The notes under the pieces were generated by a model. The model was not told where the DNA came from, did not search any database, and was given only the letters and a program-made list of their open reading frames with translations. 64,000 nt of DNA from Selaginella moellendorffii (taxonomy: Eukaryota > Plantae > Lycopodiophyta), in NCBI RefSeq assembly GCF_000143415.4, contig NW_003314264.1, positions 746,014-810,013 on the forward strand. The letters run 5' to 3'. A program made the translations under genes and the position numbers. Below are positions 50,436 to 63,379 of this stretch, in pieces (within the stretch, counting starts at the first letter, position 1; each line of letters starts with the position of its first letter).

Positions 50436-52829
50436 ATGATGCTTGTCCGCGGGATTCGTAGCGGCCGCGCGGCATCGGCGCTTCGCGCGACGCTCATCGG
50501 TAAGATTCTAGCTGCTGGCGATTCTCTAGAACTCACGATCGCGCGCGCTATTGCAGGATGCTCGCAAATCGGCCATGGCGCCCGAGGCTTCGCTGGAGGG
50601 AGCGAAGCCGCCGATTCCTCTCCCGGCGGCAGCTGGGGGACTCTCTCGGTGGGAATCCTGTTTGGAGCTGCTGCCCTGTACTCACAACCGGCATTTAGCG
50701 ACAGCAAAGTTGTGAGTGTGATTGTGAGCTTGCATGAAGATGTTCTGATTGGTTTTTCTTCTCTTTTGTCTAGTCCGGAGGATTCTTCTCGAGCAAAGTA
50801 TCGGGAGGAAACTCGACTTCTTCGGACGATATGGAGAAGACACTGGAGGAAGTTCGCGAAGGATTGCGGGAACGATTGCGACCCTTGAAAATGCACGCTC
50901 TTCCTCCTATTACCGTCGTTTCTAGAGGGCAGCAGGTACCACGAATGCATCTTTCCCTTTCTATGGTCTTTTAATTGTTACTTCATTGTAACTAACAGGT
51001 TGCGGTCAGGTTTCCCGTGCCTCCAACTTGCGACACTTACCGGCTTGTCGTTGATCTGGTTTCTCATCTTGGTGGTGATGTGGATCTGGCCGTGAGAGCT
51101 TCCAGCAGGTAGTGTAGAGACACAGTTGCGGCGATTTGATCTCTTCGTTTGTTCTGAATCAGTGCAGTTGCTCGACAGTTGGTAGTTTCCCATCCTGATC
51201 GAAACAGCGACAAAGTTTCTACGGACAGGCTTTGCGTTGTCATCTTCGAACCTCTCATAGGGGAGAAATCGTCGGTACGTTTGTTTGCTTTTAGATGAGA
51301 ACTTGATGAGTGCGTGCAGTTGCAGGAAATAGAGTTTTTAAGAAAAGGGAAGCTGAGTTCGGCGGAGCTTGACACGGTGATAAGTACTGTACGCACAGCT
51401 GCCGGTATCAACGTAGAGCCAGCGCCAAAAGTGAGAATTTTTAAGGGAGAAGTGAATGGAAGAAAAGTTAAGCGAGCTTTAGACGCTTTGGATAAGCTTG
51501 GAGTTAAGGTCTATGGCCTTGACATGGAGAGTGGCGAGACTGAGGCGGAAGGTCTCACGTGGCAAAGTATTGCAGGATATCACGAGCAAAAGAGGTACTT
51601 TTTCTTTTCTTTGTTGTTATCCAGCTTACGTGTGTGATACAGGGAGATAGAAGATAACGTCCTCCTAGCTCTAAAACGTCCAGAAGTTTATGACAGTATT
51701 GCAAGAGGAACTAAGGAAAAGTTTGAGTCTAATAGACCACGCGCAGTCTTGTTTGAAGGACCTCCAGGTAGGTTTTAGAAACTGAAGCGGACCTTCTCAT
51801 TCTTTCCGTTTACACAGGTTGTGGAAAGACTTCATGTGCGAGAGTTATAGCCAGTCAAGCGGTATGTGTCATGTCTTCAATAAGCTTGTTTTCTTGTTCG
51901 CTGACTGGATTGTAATGCCAAAAACAGGGTGTTCCTTTGTTGTATGTGCCTCTGGAAGTTGTGACATCCAAATATTATGGAGAGAGCGAACGCTTGCTTT
52001 CTTCCGTGTTTAATGCGGGAAATGATTTCCCGGATGGCGCAATTGTGTTTCTGGATGAGGTATATCGAGCTTTTTTGTTTAATCCATATTTCAGCAATGG
52101 ACCTTACAGATTGATTCGTTGGCAACGAGCCGAGATAGTGATATGCACGAAGCCACCAGAAGAATGCTGTCAGTCCTCTTGAGACAGGTACAAGATTTTT
52201 TTCGTCTAGCTTTCCCGGTATTTAGACTGGTTATCTTACTTGGGAGAAGATGGATGGATTCGAGCAAGATAAACGGATTGTTGTCATCGCGGCAACAAAT
52301 CGGAAACAAGATCTTGATCCGGCGCTGCTCAGGTCCGCTTCCAAGTTTTGAATCAGTCGGAGTCTTACCGTTTTTTGGCAGCCGGTTCGATGCTTCAATC
52401 ACTTTCGATTTGCCTGATTTACAAACAAGAGAGGAAATTGTAGCACAGTATGCGAGGCACTTAAGCCGGAAGGAATTGTCCTCTGTTGCAGCCACAAGTG
52501 AAGGGTACAATGCACACTTTTATGAGTACTGGTTTTGAACTTTTCTTCATCCAGGATGTCAGGTCGCGATCTTCGTGACGTTTGTCAACAAGCAGAACGA
52601 AAGTGGGCTTCTAAGGTGAATTTCATTTTTATTATTAGGAAAGATCTTACGTCTTCGATTCCTGCAGCTAATCAAGGGACTCGTTGGAAATCCACCCACG
52701 CACGAACTTCCTCCTGTTCAAGAGTACATGGAGTCGGCTGCTAAGCGGCGAAGGACACTCGTGAAATGGGCCGAAGAGCAGGTTGTACAGCAATCCTCCA
52801 AAGCTAAAGTAGCTCTCAGTACAAGCTAA
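50436..52829 (+). CDS. AAA+ ATPase (At4g04180-like, probably organellar), multi-exon
   Basis: RPRAVLFEGPPG/CGKT Walker A split by an intron, IVFLDE Walker B, IAATNRKQDLDPAL, MSGRDLRDVCQQAER. Confidence 0.88.
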
Positions 52830-52970
52830 AGAAAAAAGGGAGTTTCTTCTATCGCCCTTTTTCCTGATGACACTGGTTGGATGTTGGCTTCACCTCTTAG
52901 ATAAGTCTGAGAATCGCTTCAAGGAGCGCGAGTCCAAAAACATGCCTGAAGTGAAGAAGCTGTCATCAAG

Positions 52971-54217
52971 TCAGATCATCAAGCCTGGTAAGTCGTCGTC
53001 CTCCTCGTCAGTATCAAACTTCTCACTGTCAGGTGCGTAGCTTCTGTTTTGGAGAGCTCTCTTTCTCAGCACGTAGACGTTAAAGTAGTAGCTTACCAGC
53101 TCCTCCCGGCTCCTCCTTCCCGCGAAGGAAGCTTGGAGGTCCGGCCAAAGCTTCTCCTCCTTGTCCCCGCGGCAGCTTCTCACGATCGCCGCAAACTCAG
53201 CTTGCTCTTGCCTGCTCCACTTGGCCGACTTGATCAAGCTCTCCCCCATTGAGTGAAACCCCCACTCGCGGAAGACGTCATCTCCCAGCTCGAGCTTGAG
53301 CTTCCTGCGTTGCTCGTTGACGTGTAGCTTCACAGAGTCTTCCGAGCTATCGTCCGCGCTGAAGCACGTACTAGCGGTATGGCTTCGGCTTCCCGCCACC
53401 CTTTTGGACCAGACCACTCTTCCTAGAAAGAGCTTTGAGTCATCGTCGTCGGCATGGAGAGCCACAGTGGAAGGAACTTTGGCTTGAAAGCTTGGTCCGA
53501 TTGGGACGCTCTCAGGCTCCGAGGAACTTGGAGGCTGAGGTTTGGGTCGAGGTGTGAGAGAGCGAAGGCTATACTTGGAAGGTCGTCGTGCTCTAGTGTT
53601 ATCGTATCTCTGTACGTAAAAATACATACGAAGACGTCAGTTAGTTATTAAATGACATAAACCATTGGATTGATTAATTGTACCTTTTGGTGGTTGTCTT
53701 GCCTCTGGAGGCGACCCAAGAATGCCCTGATTGTAGCTTGGAATTTCCCACTGTCCCCTTCACGGAGGGCTGCATTTCCTGGATCCAGAGCCAGCTTCCT
53801 CAAATGGGCCAGGGCCTCTTTGACATGAGAGTGAATTGGAGGCTTTAAGGCCTCTTTGACATGAGAGTGGATTGAAGGCTTTTCATTTGGATCAACACTG
53901 GCTTTGGTGACATTTGCAGATGTAGCACCAGCACCAAAGACCCTGCCACTCTCAAAAGCCTTGAGGTACTTCAGATAGACTAACTTGACACTAGGCCCAC
54001 AATGTGGTGGCAACCCTATTGAGGCTGCCACATCCCCCCACTTTCTAGACCCACTAGTTTTAGAGTACCCACCTGACTCTTTCACCTTGTCTAGCAAGAG
54101 TGCAAGGTTCACCTTATTACCTGCTATGAATACTGGAAGTGGTCTCTGCCCAAGTGCTCTTCTAGCTTGTAATGCCCACTCAACCTCCTTCTCAAATGCA
54201 TCATTTCTAATTTCCAT
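52971..54217 (-). CDS. ARID-ELM2-SANT protein (plant ARID1/ARID2-like); 5' end uncertain
   Basis: ARID (VNLALL...VKESGGY...KWGDVA...Y.KYL), ELM2 (IGPSFQAKVP), LKLELG...WGFHSMGE, and ELVSYYFNVYVLRKRALQNR. Confidence 0.85.
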
Positions 54218-55757
54218 TGCTTCCCTTGGCAGCCCTAAAGCCCACTTCTAGGGTTTTACATACTCAAAAGTTGCAAAGTGATTTCATTCTTGGCAGGATT
54301 TGAGCCTAAGACTCTTGCACTTATGAAGTATATATTTTGCATATAAGGTAAGAAAGCTACTTTTTGGAGTTTGTATAGCTCTTTGCCTCTTCACATCAAA
54401 TCAAATTTATAAACTAGTATCAAAAGAATCCAAAATCATTCTAAATTCCACAAACATCACTAAAATTTACCTAAAACCACTTCAAATTGTACACAAATCA
54501 CTAAATCTATTGATATATTTGTAAGTCTGACCAATCTTGTAACATCATCACAATAGAAAGCCCATGTTTCTTGTCCAACATTGTCAATATAATCACACTT
54601 CTTATTTAAGCGACTTGGAGGGCAATGGGTTTTTGAAGGTGAATCTAAAGTGCAACTTTTCAAGTTCTACAAAAATTATACCCAATTTGCATTATTAACC
54701 ATAAATGCCAAAGGATACATCTTTAGCATTTACTCTAATTAGAGATGCTCTATATGCAATAAACAAGCATCTGTCATCTTTCTTTACAAAGAAGTGTAAT
54801 TACTGAGATTGCTTGTGATGAGCATATTCGTAAATTTTTTGAGTAGCTTTTTCCTTCCCACTCCATGCTTTTATATAGGATATATTCATACCCCTAATCT
54901 AAATGGAAAAAGCTCTTTTATTCAAATGTATGGAAATGAGACCAAGAAACCAAGGGAGCTCTGTATAAGAGTTTTTTTTCCTTCCTATATGATGGGATAT
55001 TTTCTTCCTGGCTCTGGTCATGTTTTTCAGGACTCTTACTACCATATCCGGGCCTTCCACAATGACTGCCTTTGACGAGGCCATGCGATTGAGCTTTGCA
55101 TTAGTGCAGCTTGATTGATTTGCTGTACACTATATTCATGATTTCTTGTGAATATGTTGATGAGACAAGCTAGCCAATCTCTCCAACACTAAATTATGAA
55201 GCCTCTAAAAACAACTATTGCTTTTACAGTATATCATGTATTTTTTCTTTTCCAATGCAATCACCAAAAGCTTAAAGTATAATTTTCTTTTTAGACTGTT
55301 TACATCATTCTTTTCCAGAAATTCTTGCACTGCTATTTCTTGTGCTACCACTAATTAAGCAGCTTACAAGAATCCACAACGCAATGAAGCTGCCAAAGAT
55401 AAAAGTAGTGCAACTCAATCTTCTTTCAATAAAAAATTGTAAATGCACCAAAGCTTAATGTCTTATTCAAGGATTTTCAAAGGCTTGCTACTACCTTTAG
55501 TGTAAAGACTTGTCATATCGGTGACAAACAAAGCACTAGAGCTCTGTTTTGGATCTTTGAGCTATGATTCCATCATAGTAATGCTTGCTCTCAGATCAGG
55601 AAAGAAATTTTAGTAAAGAACTTTCTAGCACTTTAATAGTTTGGATGTTCTAATTTGGCTATCCAAATGTTGTGGTTATAGAAGGAAAAAAAAAAGAAAA
55701 GAAAAAGAAGTGAAGATTTCATTGCACATAGCTTGCTTGATTTTTTCTTTTACTTCA

Positions 55758-56043
55758 ATGCTTTATTTCGTTAAAGTGGAACTTTTCATTATCCCACTTA
55801 TGGTGTGTGGCCACATGCTATTTTTATAACAACAATAAAAAATTGAAGTTTTAACTTTATAATTTATAAATTAAAAACTTTTCATATGATTTTGTGTTAT
55901 AATATTGTGAAATATAAAAATAAATTAAAAAACTGATAGAAATATTAATAAATATTAATTAAGTACTAAGAAATGGCATGTGGACACATGCTAATTAATG
56001 TCCCACTTTACTGAATAAGTTCCACTTTAACGAAATAAAGCAT
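55758..56043. mobile_element. 286 bp MITE of the Sola-like family
   Basis: 27 bp perfect TIR ATGCTTTATTTCGTTAAAGTGGAACTT. Both subterminal regions match the two ends of 13973-24816. AT-rich core. Flanks CTTCA/ATTCA. Confidence 0.88.
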
Positions 56044-56429
56044 ATTCAAGTTGCTTACATTGGTAGTGGGGAGTGACAATACATCTGTTCAGAAGAATGT
56101 TCCCATCTTGAAATGTCATTTTTGATTTATATTCCAAATAAAGACTCAAGGAATGGGAAGAGATAAAAAACACTTTCATTTTTCTAGCTATAAATGTTTC
56201 ATTCTTGTCACCAGTGGTACCTTTAAGTTCTAGAGTGTTACTTTAAATAAAATTTCTCTAATACTGGGAAAACTAAACAGAATGACAACATGACTAAAGT
56301 TATGATTCCCAATTTATGAGATGGATGCTTATGGCCATGATGGACATAGCTTCCCCCCAAGGTGCTAGAAGTAGTGCAAATTTTGGAGTCATTAGGACTT
56401 GCCTAATATAATTTTAAAGCATATTTCAC

Positions 56430-56580
56430 AGAGAGTGTAAGATTTCTTGCTGCTTACTTGAAACTAGAAATGGCCTCTACCCAAGTGCTCTTTTTTTGTA
56501 ATACCTTCCCAATTTTCTTCTCAAATGCATCATTTGTAATCAATTTTAGTCCCCTTAGTGGTTGTATTAGGGCTCTAGCC
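56430..56580 (-). pseudogene. Decayed duplicate of the ARID-coding segment 54100-54235
   Basis: CCCAAGTGCTCTT and CTTCTCAAATGCATCATTT are shared with similar spacing. Confidence 0.55.
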
Positions 56581-59500
56581 TCAACCCTCTCTCACACTTT
56601 CTTCTGCTCATGCAATCTTTATTCTCTTATGCTCAAGCATGGCTTTGATGAAAGATGGTGGAATATTTTGGGATAAAAAAAATCTTAGGATCAGGCAACC
56701 ACAAAGAAAGTAAAGAGAGGCAAAAAGTAAAGATGCAACCAAGGATATCAAGGACTAACTTGAGCTGTTGCCTCAAAAGAAATATTCCAAACTCTCCCAA
56801 GTAAGCCTCAAAGTCCCAAACAAAGAAAGTGGAAGTGATGCTTGTAAGTAATAATTGTGATAGCATGAAGAGATGAATGACAGTGGTGGCCAAATGGTGA
56901 GAGGATAGTGGCGGGGGTCTTTTAGCATGTGATGGTTATTAAGTGTCTTTGCAATTCATATAATTGTCATAGAAGAGAAAATTATGTGCAGCTAGTACGT
57001 GGCATTTGCTACTTTTGGTGTTGTGGAGAGTGTGTTTCACCAACAACATCTGTCCATCAAAAGTGCTTGGCATTCTGTCAGGATCAGGTGCAACCAACAC
57101 CAACTGCTGTAGAAATCAGCTGCTATAGTGTCTAGAAATTTGCCAAAAGATCACTACATTGAGATAGTTTACACCATATCTTTGTATTTCCACTGTGTAA
57201 TGCTGTGCTGGACATGATGTAGTCGAATCCCCAATATTGTATGAGAGATATGGAATAGAATATAAGCAGACAATTGAAAGACAATGATGCAGCTGGTAAA
57301 CAGGTGAGTGAATGGTGACTATGAATAGATGACATTTAAGAGTATGATGTGTAGAATGAAGTGATGTGGAGAAAACTGGGACAAAGAAGTAAACATAGAA
57401 GAAACTTGACCTTCTGGATGAATACCTTGAGAACAGAACTCAAGGAAGATCTTAGTTCTCCAGAGGAAAACATAATTTATAACAAAATAGAAAGCTGGAA
57501 GAAAGAAAAGAAAGAGAAAAGAAACACTAGAGATACTTCTTTAAGTTTTTTATTTAGTTTTACTATTTTACTATATAAATATACTCATATGAGTTTTGGA
57601 TGTAGTCCAACTTCATAGCTTTTTACATGAGGTTATTTGTTAGTGAGATACTTAGAGAGAGCTTTGGATGACCTATAAACATAGAAGAAACAAACCTCTT
57701 TCATATGCTTGCCAGGAAAAGGTGGTGCTGGATCCAACATTGTGACTGAAGTTTTACCTCATGCTTGGATCTCTCACCTAGTCATGGCATCTTGGTAAGA
57801 AATAAGATGAAAGAAAATATAATAAAATGGCAAGAGAAGAAAAAAAAACTTACAAGCATGCCAACATTGGGGTTGTGCTACAACACTTAAACAGTGCCAT
57901 GGCTTGGCTATAGCCAGGCACAGCCAGCTATGGCATCTCAATTGTTAGCTTGGAAAGAGGGCAGCCATGGCAGCAATACTGAGAAAAAAAGGTGCCATGG
58001 CAGCCAACATTTACCCTAACATAATAATAAACTGTTAGCCATCTATATGGTAGAGCCATAAACAACACTTATGACATCCAACACAACCAAGTGATGAATC
58101 CAAGCTTATAAATGTTTTTTAAGTTTTTTGAGGTTGTAGGTCTGGCCTTGTTTCTTCTTGACTGCCATGAGGCAAGGTAAACTATCAGGTCTAAACCTCC
58201 CCCAGTGAACGATTTCCAGGAAATGAATGGACTCCATGGAATCTTGTGTTCATAGTCTCGATTTCCATACCAATCCACCATTGCATTTGTCAAGTGATAT
58301 AGATGTATCCTTATCTCCAGCTTGAAGCCACAAGTGTTTGATGTGGGACGATACAAGGTCATCCCATTTCTCCAATTGCGATGGTTTTCTTGATCCTAAG
58401 AATCCTTACTTGCTCTCTCTTGTCCAAAGTCCTACTAGTCCATCTTCCTCATGGGCATACAGAATTCTTCTTCCGAATGAGGATGAGCTAATGATCGTGG
58501 TGCATCTGACAAGGCTAGAACTGGTAAGTGTGTATAGCAGCACCATTGAGAAAAACTTAATCATTTCCGAGACACTGAAAATGAGCAGCAATCCTCACTC
58601 AACCTAAAAACTACTTTACAGCGATAAAATTTAAGAAAAAACTTATATATACTCAATAAATTAAAAATTTGTTATGCATTGCATGCAGCAATGCTTGCTT
58701 AATAGTAGTGTCATACTTATTTAGTATTTTGAATAATCCAATTAATCAATCTGTCCATCTCACCATGATCACCTTGTCCCGTGGCTGCCAGATGCGCTGG
58801 ATCTCTATCCATATTGCCTTGAAATTATAAACATGTTTATAATTTATAAATCAAGATTAATCTTATTGCATATAAACCATTAGATGGTAGAATAAAAAGA
58901 ATACTAGGAAGTGTTTAGGAAAGTTTATAAATTATAAATATGTTTATAAAGTATAAATACAAGATTAATCTAAATGAATAACAACCGTTAGATGGTAGAA
59001 TATTCTCAAATATCCAAGTATATTCTAGGTATATCCACTACCATCCCTACAAATTTTGCTTAAGCAAACCAAAAACTCATAAGATATATATACAACACTT
59101 AAGAAACTCAAAAAAACTCATGTTTTTCTTTTAAAATACTAAGTAATTAGATTAAGTAGATACTAAGTAAATAGATTAAGCCCTTGGAGTATGGAAGGAA
59201 ATGCCTCCAAAGCAAAAAATCTCAGTCTAAAGCACTCACAAGAATCAAGTGAAGTATCAATGCTTGCGGAAGATGCCACAATCGCCTGTGGGTGGTGCCA
59301 TGGCTAGCATCCTATGGTTGGAGAGGTTTGGAGTGATGTACCATGATCCACAACACTCTGACATAGTAGCTAAACCAAGTGCATGAGTGCAACAAGCTTG
59401 TAGATTCTCTAGACAGTGACAATTTTTCTCAAGTGCCAGCCCAACTCTCTTCAGGAGTTTCTCCGGGAGAGGCTTGGAGAAGGTCAAAAGAAAAGTTGTG

Positions 59501-60972
59501 GCTAGAAATGGTCTCTAAATTATTGCAAATGTGTGCTTGTGGGCACTGGAAGTGACATACATATGCCTTTAAGATTGTTGTGTAAAGGCAAGGTTTGCTG
59601 GTGGATATGGGCTCCAAGAGAGGAAGAAATATCTAGTTCACAACTGCAAACTCCCTTAGCAACACAAATACGAGTGGTTCAAGTGAAAGTGAAAGTGGCC
59701 TTAATGGTGACCACAACTGCATCTCTGCCTAGTCTTACTGAGCCTGGTCATCCATAAGCTAAGGATCCACTGCTTCTACTGGAAAATTTATGTGCAAGTC
59801 ACCCCCTCCAGTAGAGAACTGTCTGACGTTGAAGCTGGGAAGAACCACCTCTAGTGCCTAAGGTTGTGTGAGGAGGTCCTTAAGAGAATCCTCTTTTGGC
59901 CCCTCATCATGATATGTGGCAAAAAATTGCTCTCCAAAGGCACCACTAAACTATATTGTCCTCTAAATTGGGCATTTTAGGAATCTCAAGAATCGTTCCT
60001 TGATCCTTTGCCTTCCTTGAGCCTGAGTGAGACTTAGAGTGGATAAAGAGGAAGTTGAGGAACAAGATTGTCAAATCCATATGGAAAAAGTTGACCATGT
60101 TACATCCCAAAGGTTGAGACTCTATCCCCATATCAGTGTATGACAAGCAAGCACTAAATTGTTGTGGAGAGGAGCCTGGTCGTGCTCTTGCAATCTAAGC
60201 CATGTCCTAAGAGGCTAGTTCTTGTCCTTTAACATTGAGGACTGTTACCTGGCTGGCTCCTTGCCCAATATACAGCTAGCAGTTCTCAAAATTGAACAAG
60301 CAAGGTGCCACTTCTAACCATGGCAGGCCAAGTATAACAAACTTCTCTTGTCTAGAGGCTCCCAAAGCAACATAGTCAATGATGGGGAAGTTGGCCGTAT
60401 ATGAACTTGCATGTCCATAAAGAACTTAGTGACCAATACTAAGTCTGGTGTACAAGAGCTTCTAATAGAGACTTTACCAAGCTCCCAAGTGGAATGGATG
60501 AAAAAAACTAAAGAAATGAGAGAAAGAAGGCACATGGCAGAAAAGAGAGAAGGAGAAGAAGAAGAAATATTGGTATTGTGCCTTTTGGGAGTGGACAATG
60601 GTGGAGCTTGAAGTCCCCAACATGGAAGACATTGTGCATACAGACTCCTGGTGGCAATGTGAAGAGGTGAGAAAACCCCTCTTCGCTGGAAATCTATTGT
60701 TAGTAAGAAAACAAAAGAGACAATGGCCCGATCTCCAAGGGCAGAGAAGAAGCACGAGTAAAAGAATGCTGTGTATTGATAAGACAAACGATGGAATGGA
60801 GATAGGGATCCACAATTTGGATTCCCCCTTTTGAAATGCTAGCGGTTCTAACTGCTAGCATATACCATATGCTGTGCATGATTTAATCTATGGCTCCGAT
60901 GCAGCCCTGGGTTCAAAGTCAGAGTCCCCTGAACCTTGTTTTTGGTTGAGACACTCTGCTTCCCTGACAGAA

Positions 60973-61560
60973 CTAGACACCGTCCTCGGTGCGAACATAG
61001 TCAGTTTCCATCGCTTGTTGCTGCTGCTGCTCCAGTCGATAGAGGCGACGTTTTTGCTGTGGGAGTGTAAGCTCGTGGTTAGGGACGCTGTCTGGTGGAT
61101 CTGTCCCATCTTCCTGGAGGTCGGCTACCTCAGCCAGCAGGGCGGTATGATCATCCTTGAGTTTTCGGTAGCGGGTGTTGAGCTCTTCGTATTTGAATTT
61201 GTAGGTGAATTCGTGAGCTGCTGATGGGGTTGATGGCTGCTTGGAGATGATCTTCCTGATGTCCCGGAGGTCAGTGCGGATCTGCTTCATCTCTTCAATC
61301 TGAGTATCCAGCCGGTGGTTTAAAGGCTCATAAAATTCCTTCTTGATCGCTCCCCGGGTGTATATGAAGGAGTCTTGCTTGAGAAGATGCTGTGCAATGT
61401 CTGCTGGTGTTGGGAAGTAGTTTGCTTGCTCGCGGTACATGCGTTGATCCAGGGCTTCAAACAACTTGCGGGTGCAGTAGCTTGGGTCGCGAAGTTTATC
61501 TTCGTACTCCTTCCTGATCTCATCATAATCACGGCGTACCTGACTCTGTGGCTGAGGCAT
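60973..61560 (-). CDS. Extra retrotransposon coiled-coil ORF (possibly the continuation of 62247-63113)
   Basis: 195 aa helical/coiled-coil-like ORF between the extra ORF and the PPT. Confidence 0.4.
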   Translation of the reverse strand: MPQPQSQVRRDYDEIRKEYEDKLRDPSYCTRKLFEALDQRMYREQANYFPTPADIAQHLLKQDSFIYTRGAIKKEFYEPLNHRLDTQIEEMKQIRTDLRDIRKIISKQPSTPSAAHEFTYKFKYEELNTRYRKLKDDHTALLAEVADLQEDGTDPPDSVPNHELTLPQQKRRLYRLEQQQQQAMETDYVRTEDGV

Positions 61561-62246
61561 GGTTGCTGCTCCTGCTCCTGCTCGGTGATCCTGGTGTTTC
61601 TCGCTAGGGTTCGCTCTGTTCTTGGTCCCGGGAGTTGAAGTTACTGGAGGCTGAATCTGCTTCGTTGGATGTGGGTGACGTGGTTGGGCCAGATTCTGTG
61701 AGGTGGTTGGAGATGAGCTTTTCAGTTTGATGGTGGATGAACGGCCCAGATGTGGCGTTGAAATTAATTTATCCGTTGAGAAATTTTTCGCTTGGAATTT
61801 TGTTGAAGGGCGGAATTTTTGTGAATGCTGGTCGTGGTATTTGCTGGAAGAGACATGGTTGCGTGTTCTTCAAGTGATTGGCGAAGGTAGTCAATGTTTT
61901 CTTTTGTAGAACGTGTCAAGGAGGTCGGGGCGTTGAGAATGTTGTTCTCAGCTGGTGTAGAAATTGAGTTCTGGGCGATCAACTGACGTTTTTCTTTGGC
62001 GATGTTGATGTGTTTGTGAGAAGTTGTCAGTTTTGGGGCTGATTCGAGTGGATGCGGGCTCTGGGGTGATTGTTGATGGTGGTGTGAGTTGTGTTCCTTG
62101 TCGCTGATGATGAGGTGCTCTCGGATCAGCGGTTTGGGAGCTGGATTCGCTGGTGTTTTGCGTGTGAAGCAACGGCGAAGTGGAGTTGAATTGTTGGAGT
62201 GTTTGTTGCTGGAGCTGGTGTTGTTGGAGTGAGTTGAGCCTGATTG

Positions 62247-63113
62247 TTAAGATGCTGGCTTCGGTTTCTTGCTGGGAGTTGCTCGTTCTGATTCTGAGTG
62301 TTCTTCGGAGCTGTCGCTTTGTTCTGTGGAGTTCGTTTGGGTTGTCCATGGTTGCTTGTTGGGAAGAGCTTGGTGTAGAGCGATCAGCAGTGGGAAGATT
62401 ACTGTGCGCATGGTCCTCTTGTTGAGTGTGGCGAGGATGGTGCGGTCGAGAAGCTTGAGAAGGAGCTCGTGGAGATGATGAGCCACGTTCACACGTTTGC
62501 CGTCGAGTAGAGCTCCGTAGACTTCTGCTGTGCGCTTGCCGATGGTGCGATCTGTTGGGCGAAGTTCGTAGTAGAGGAGGAGGGCTTTGAGTCGATCCAT
62601 ATGCTGCTCCTCGATGTCCTCCCATGTGAGCTCACCGGTAATTTCTCGATTGGCCTTGATGATTTGCTGTGGAACTTCTCCTGAAAATTTGAGCAGTCCC
62701 TTGTTGGAGATTTTGAAAACAGAGGCGATTCTTGCTGGGCTGAGGGTGATCTCGTTGGTGCCGTCGGTTATGGTGCTGTTCTTGGGGTTGAAGGAGGCGG
62801 CCAGTTTCCTCGCTAGTTTCTGATCAGGGTGTGTTGAAAAGGCCTTGTGGAGGAGCTCGAATCCGTGGTCCTTGAGCCAGGTGGTTGTGTCGTTGCTGGG
62901 AAGCCTAGGAATATGGTGTATGACATATCTGAGGCGTCGGGGTGGATGAGCTGGCATCTTTCTCTTCATTTTCTGCGATTGAAGTGCTCGCCCCGTTAGG
63001 GTTCTTGAAACCTGTAACTGTTGGTTGGCTGATCGTGCGGCGCTCGATTGCTGGTGATGAACGGTCGAGATTTGTTGACGGAATTGATGTGGTTTGATTT
63101 GGCTTGATTGCAA
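62247..63113 (-). CDS. Extra retrotransposon ORF, plant-mobile-domain-like
   Basis: 288 aa ORF downstream of integrase containing LARKLAASFNPKNSTITDGTNEITLSPARIASVFKISNKG. Confidence 0.5.
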   Translation of the reverse strand: MQSSQIKPHQFRQQISTVHHQQSSAARSANQQLQVSRTLTGRALQSQKMKRKMPAHPPRRLRYVIHHIPRLPSNDTTTWLKDHGFELLHKAFSTHPDQKLARKLAASFNPKNSTITDGTNEITLSPARIASVFKISNKGLLKFSGEVPQQIIKANREITGELTWEDIEEQHMDRLKALLLYYELRPTDRTIGKRTAEVYGALLDGKRVNVAHHLHELLLKLLDRTILATLNKRTMRTVIFPLLIALHQALPNKQPWTTQTNSTEQSDSSEEHSESERATPSKKPKPAS

Positions 63114-63379
63114 ATCAATGGTGGATATTGGTGATGAAGTTAACTCAAGTTCAACTGTTGATATTTGCTCAGGTGGCGTTGATCCAATGGTAGCTTGGGA
63201 CTTACAGATTTTTGCTGCTGTTTGTTGCTGAAGTTGGTGGATGAGTTCGTGTTGAGTTGAGTTGAGTTGTATTGAATTGATTTGAGTTAAAGTTTGTCTA
63301 TTGGGGTGAGTGTTGATTGTTGGTTTTGGGGTGTTTGTCGGTTTGGGTCTGAAATTTGTTGAGGTGCTGATGTTGAATA

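Noticed and set aside
59240-59620. Possible PHD-finger relic (ECCGSWY...PPTGD; FQCPQAHIC)
   Set aside because: Cys/His spacing is incomplete and the frames are broken; not supportable without a profile search.
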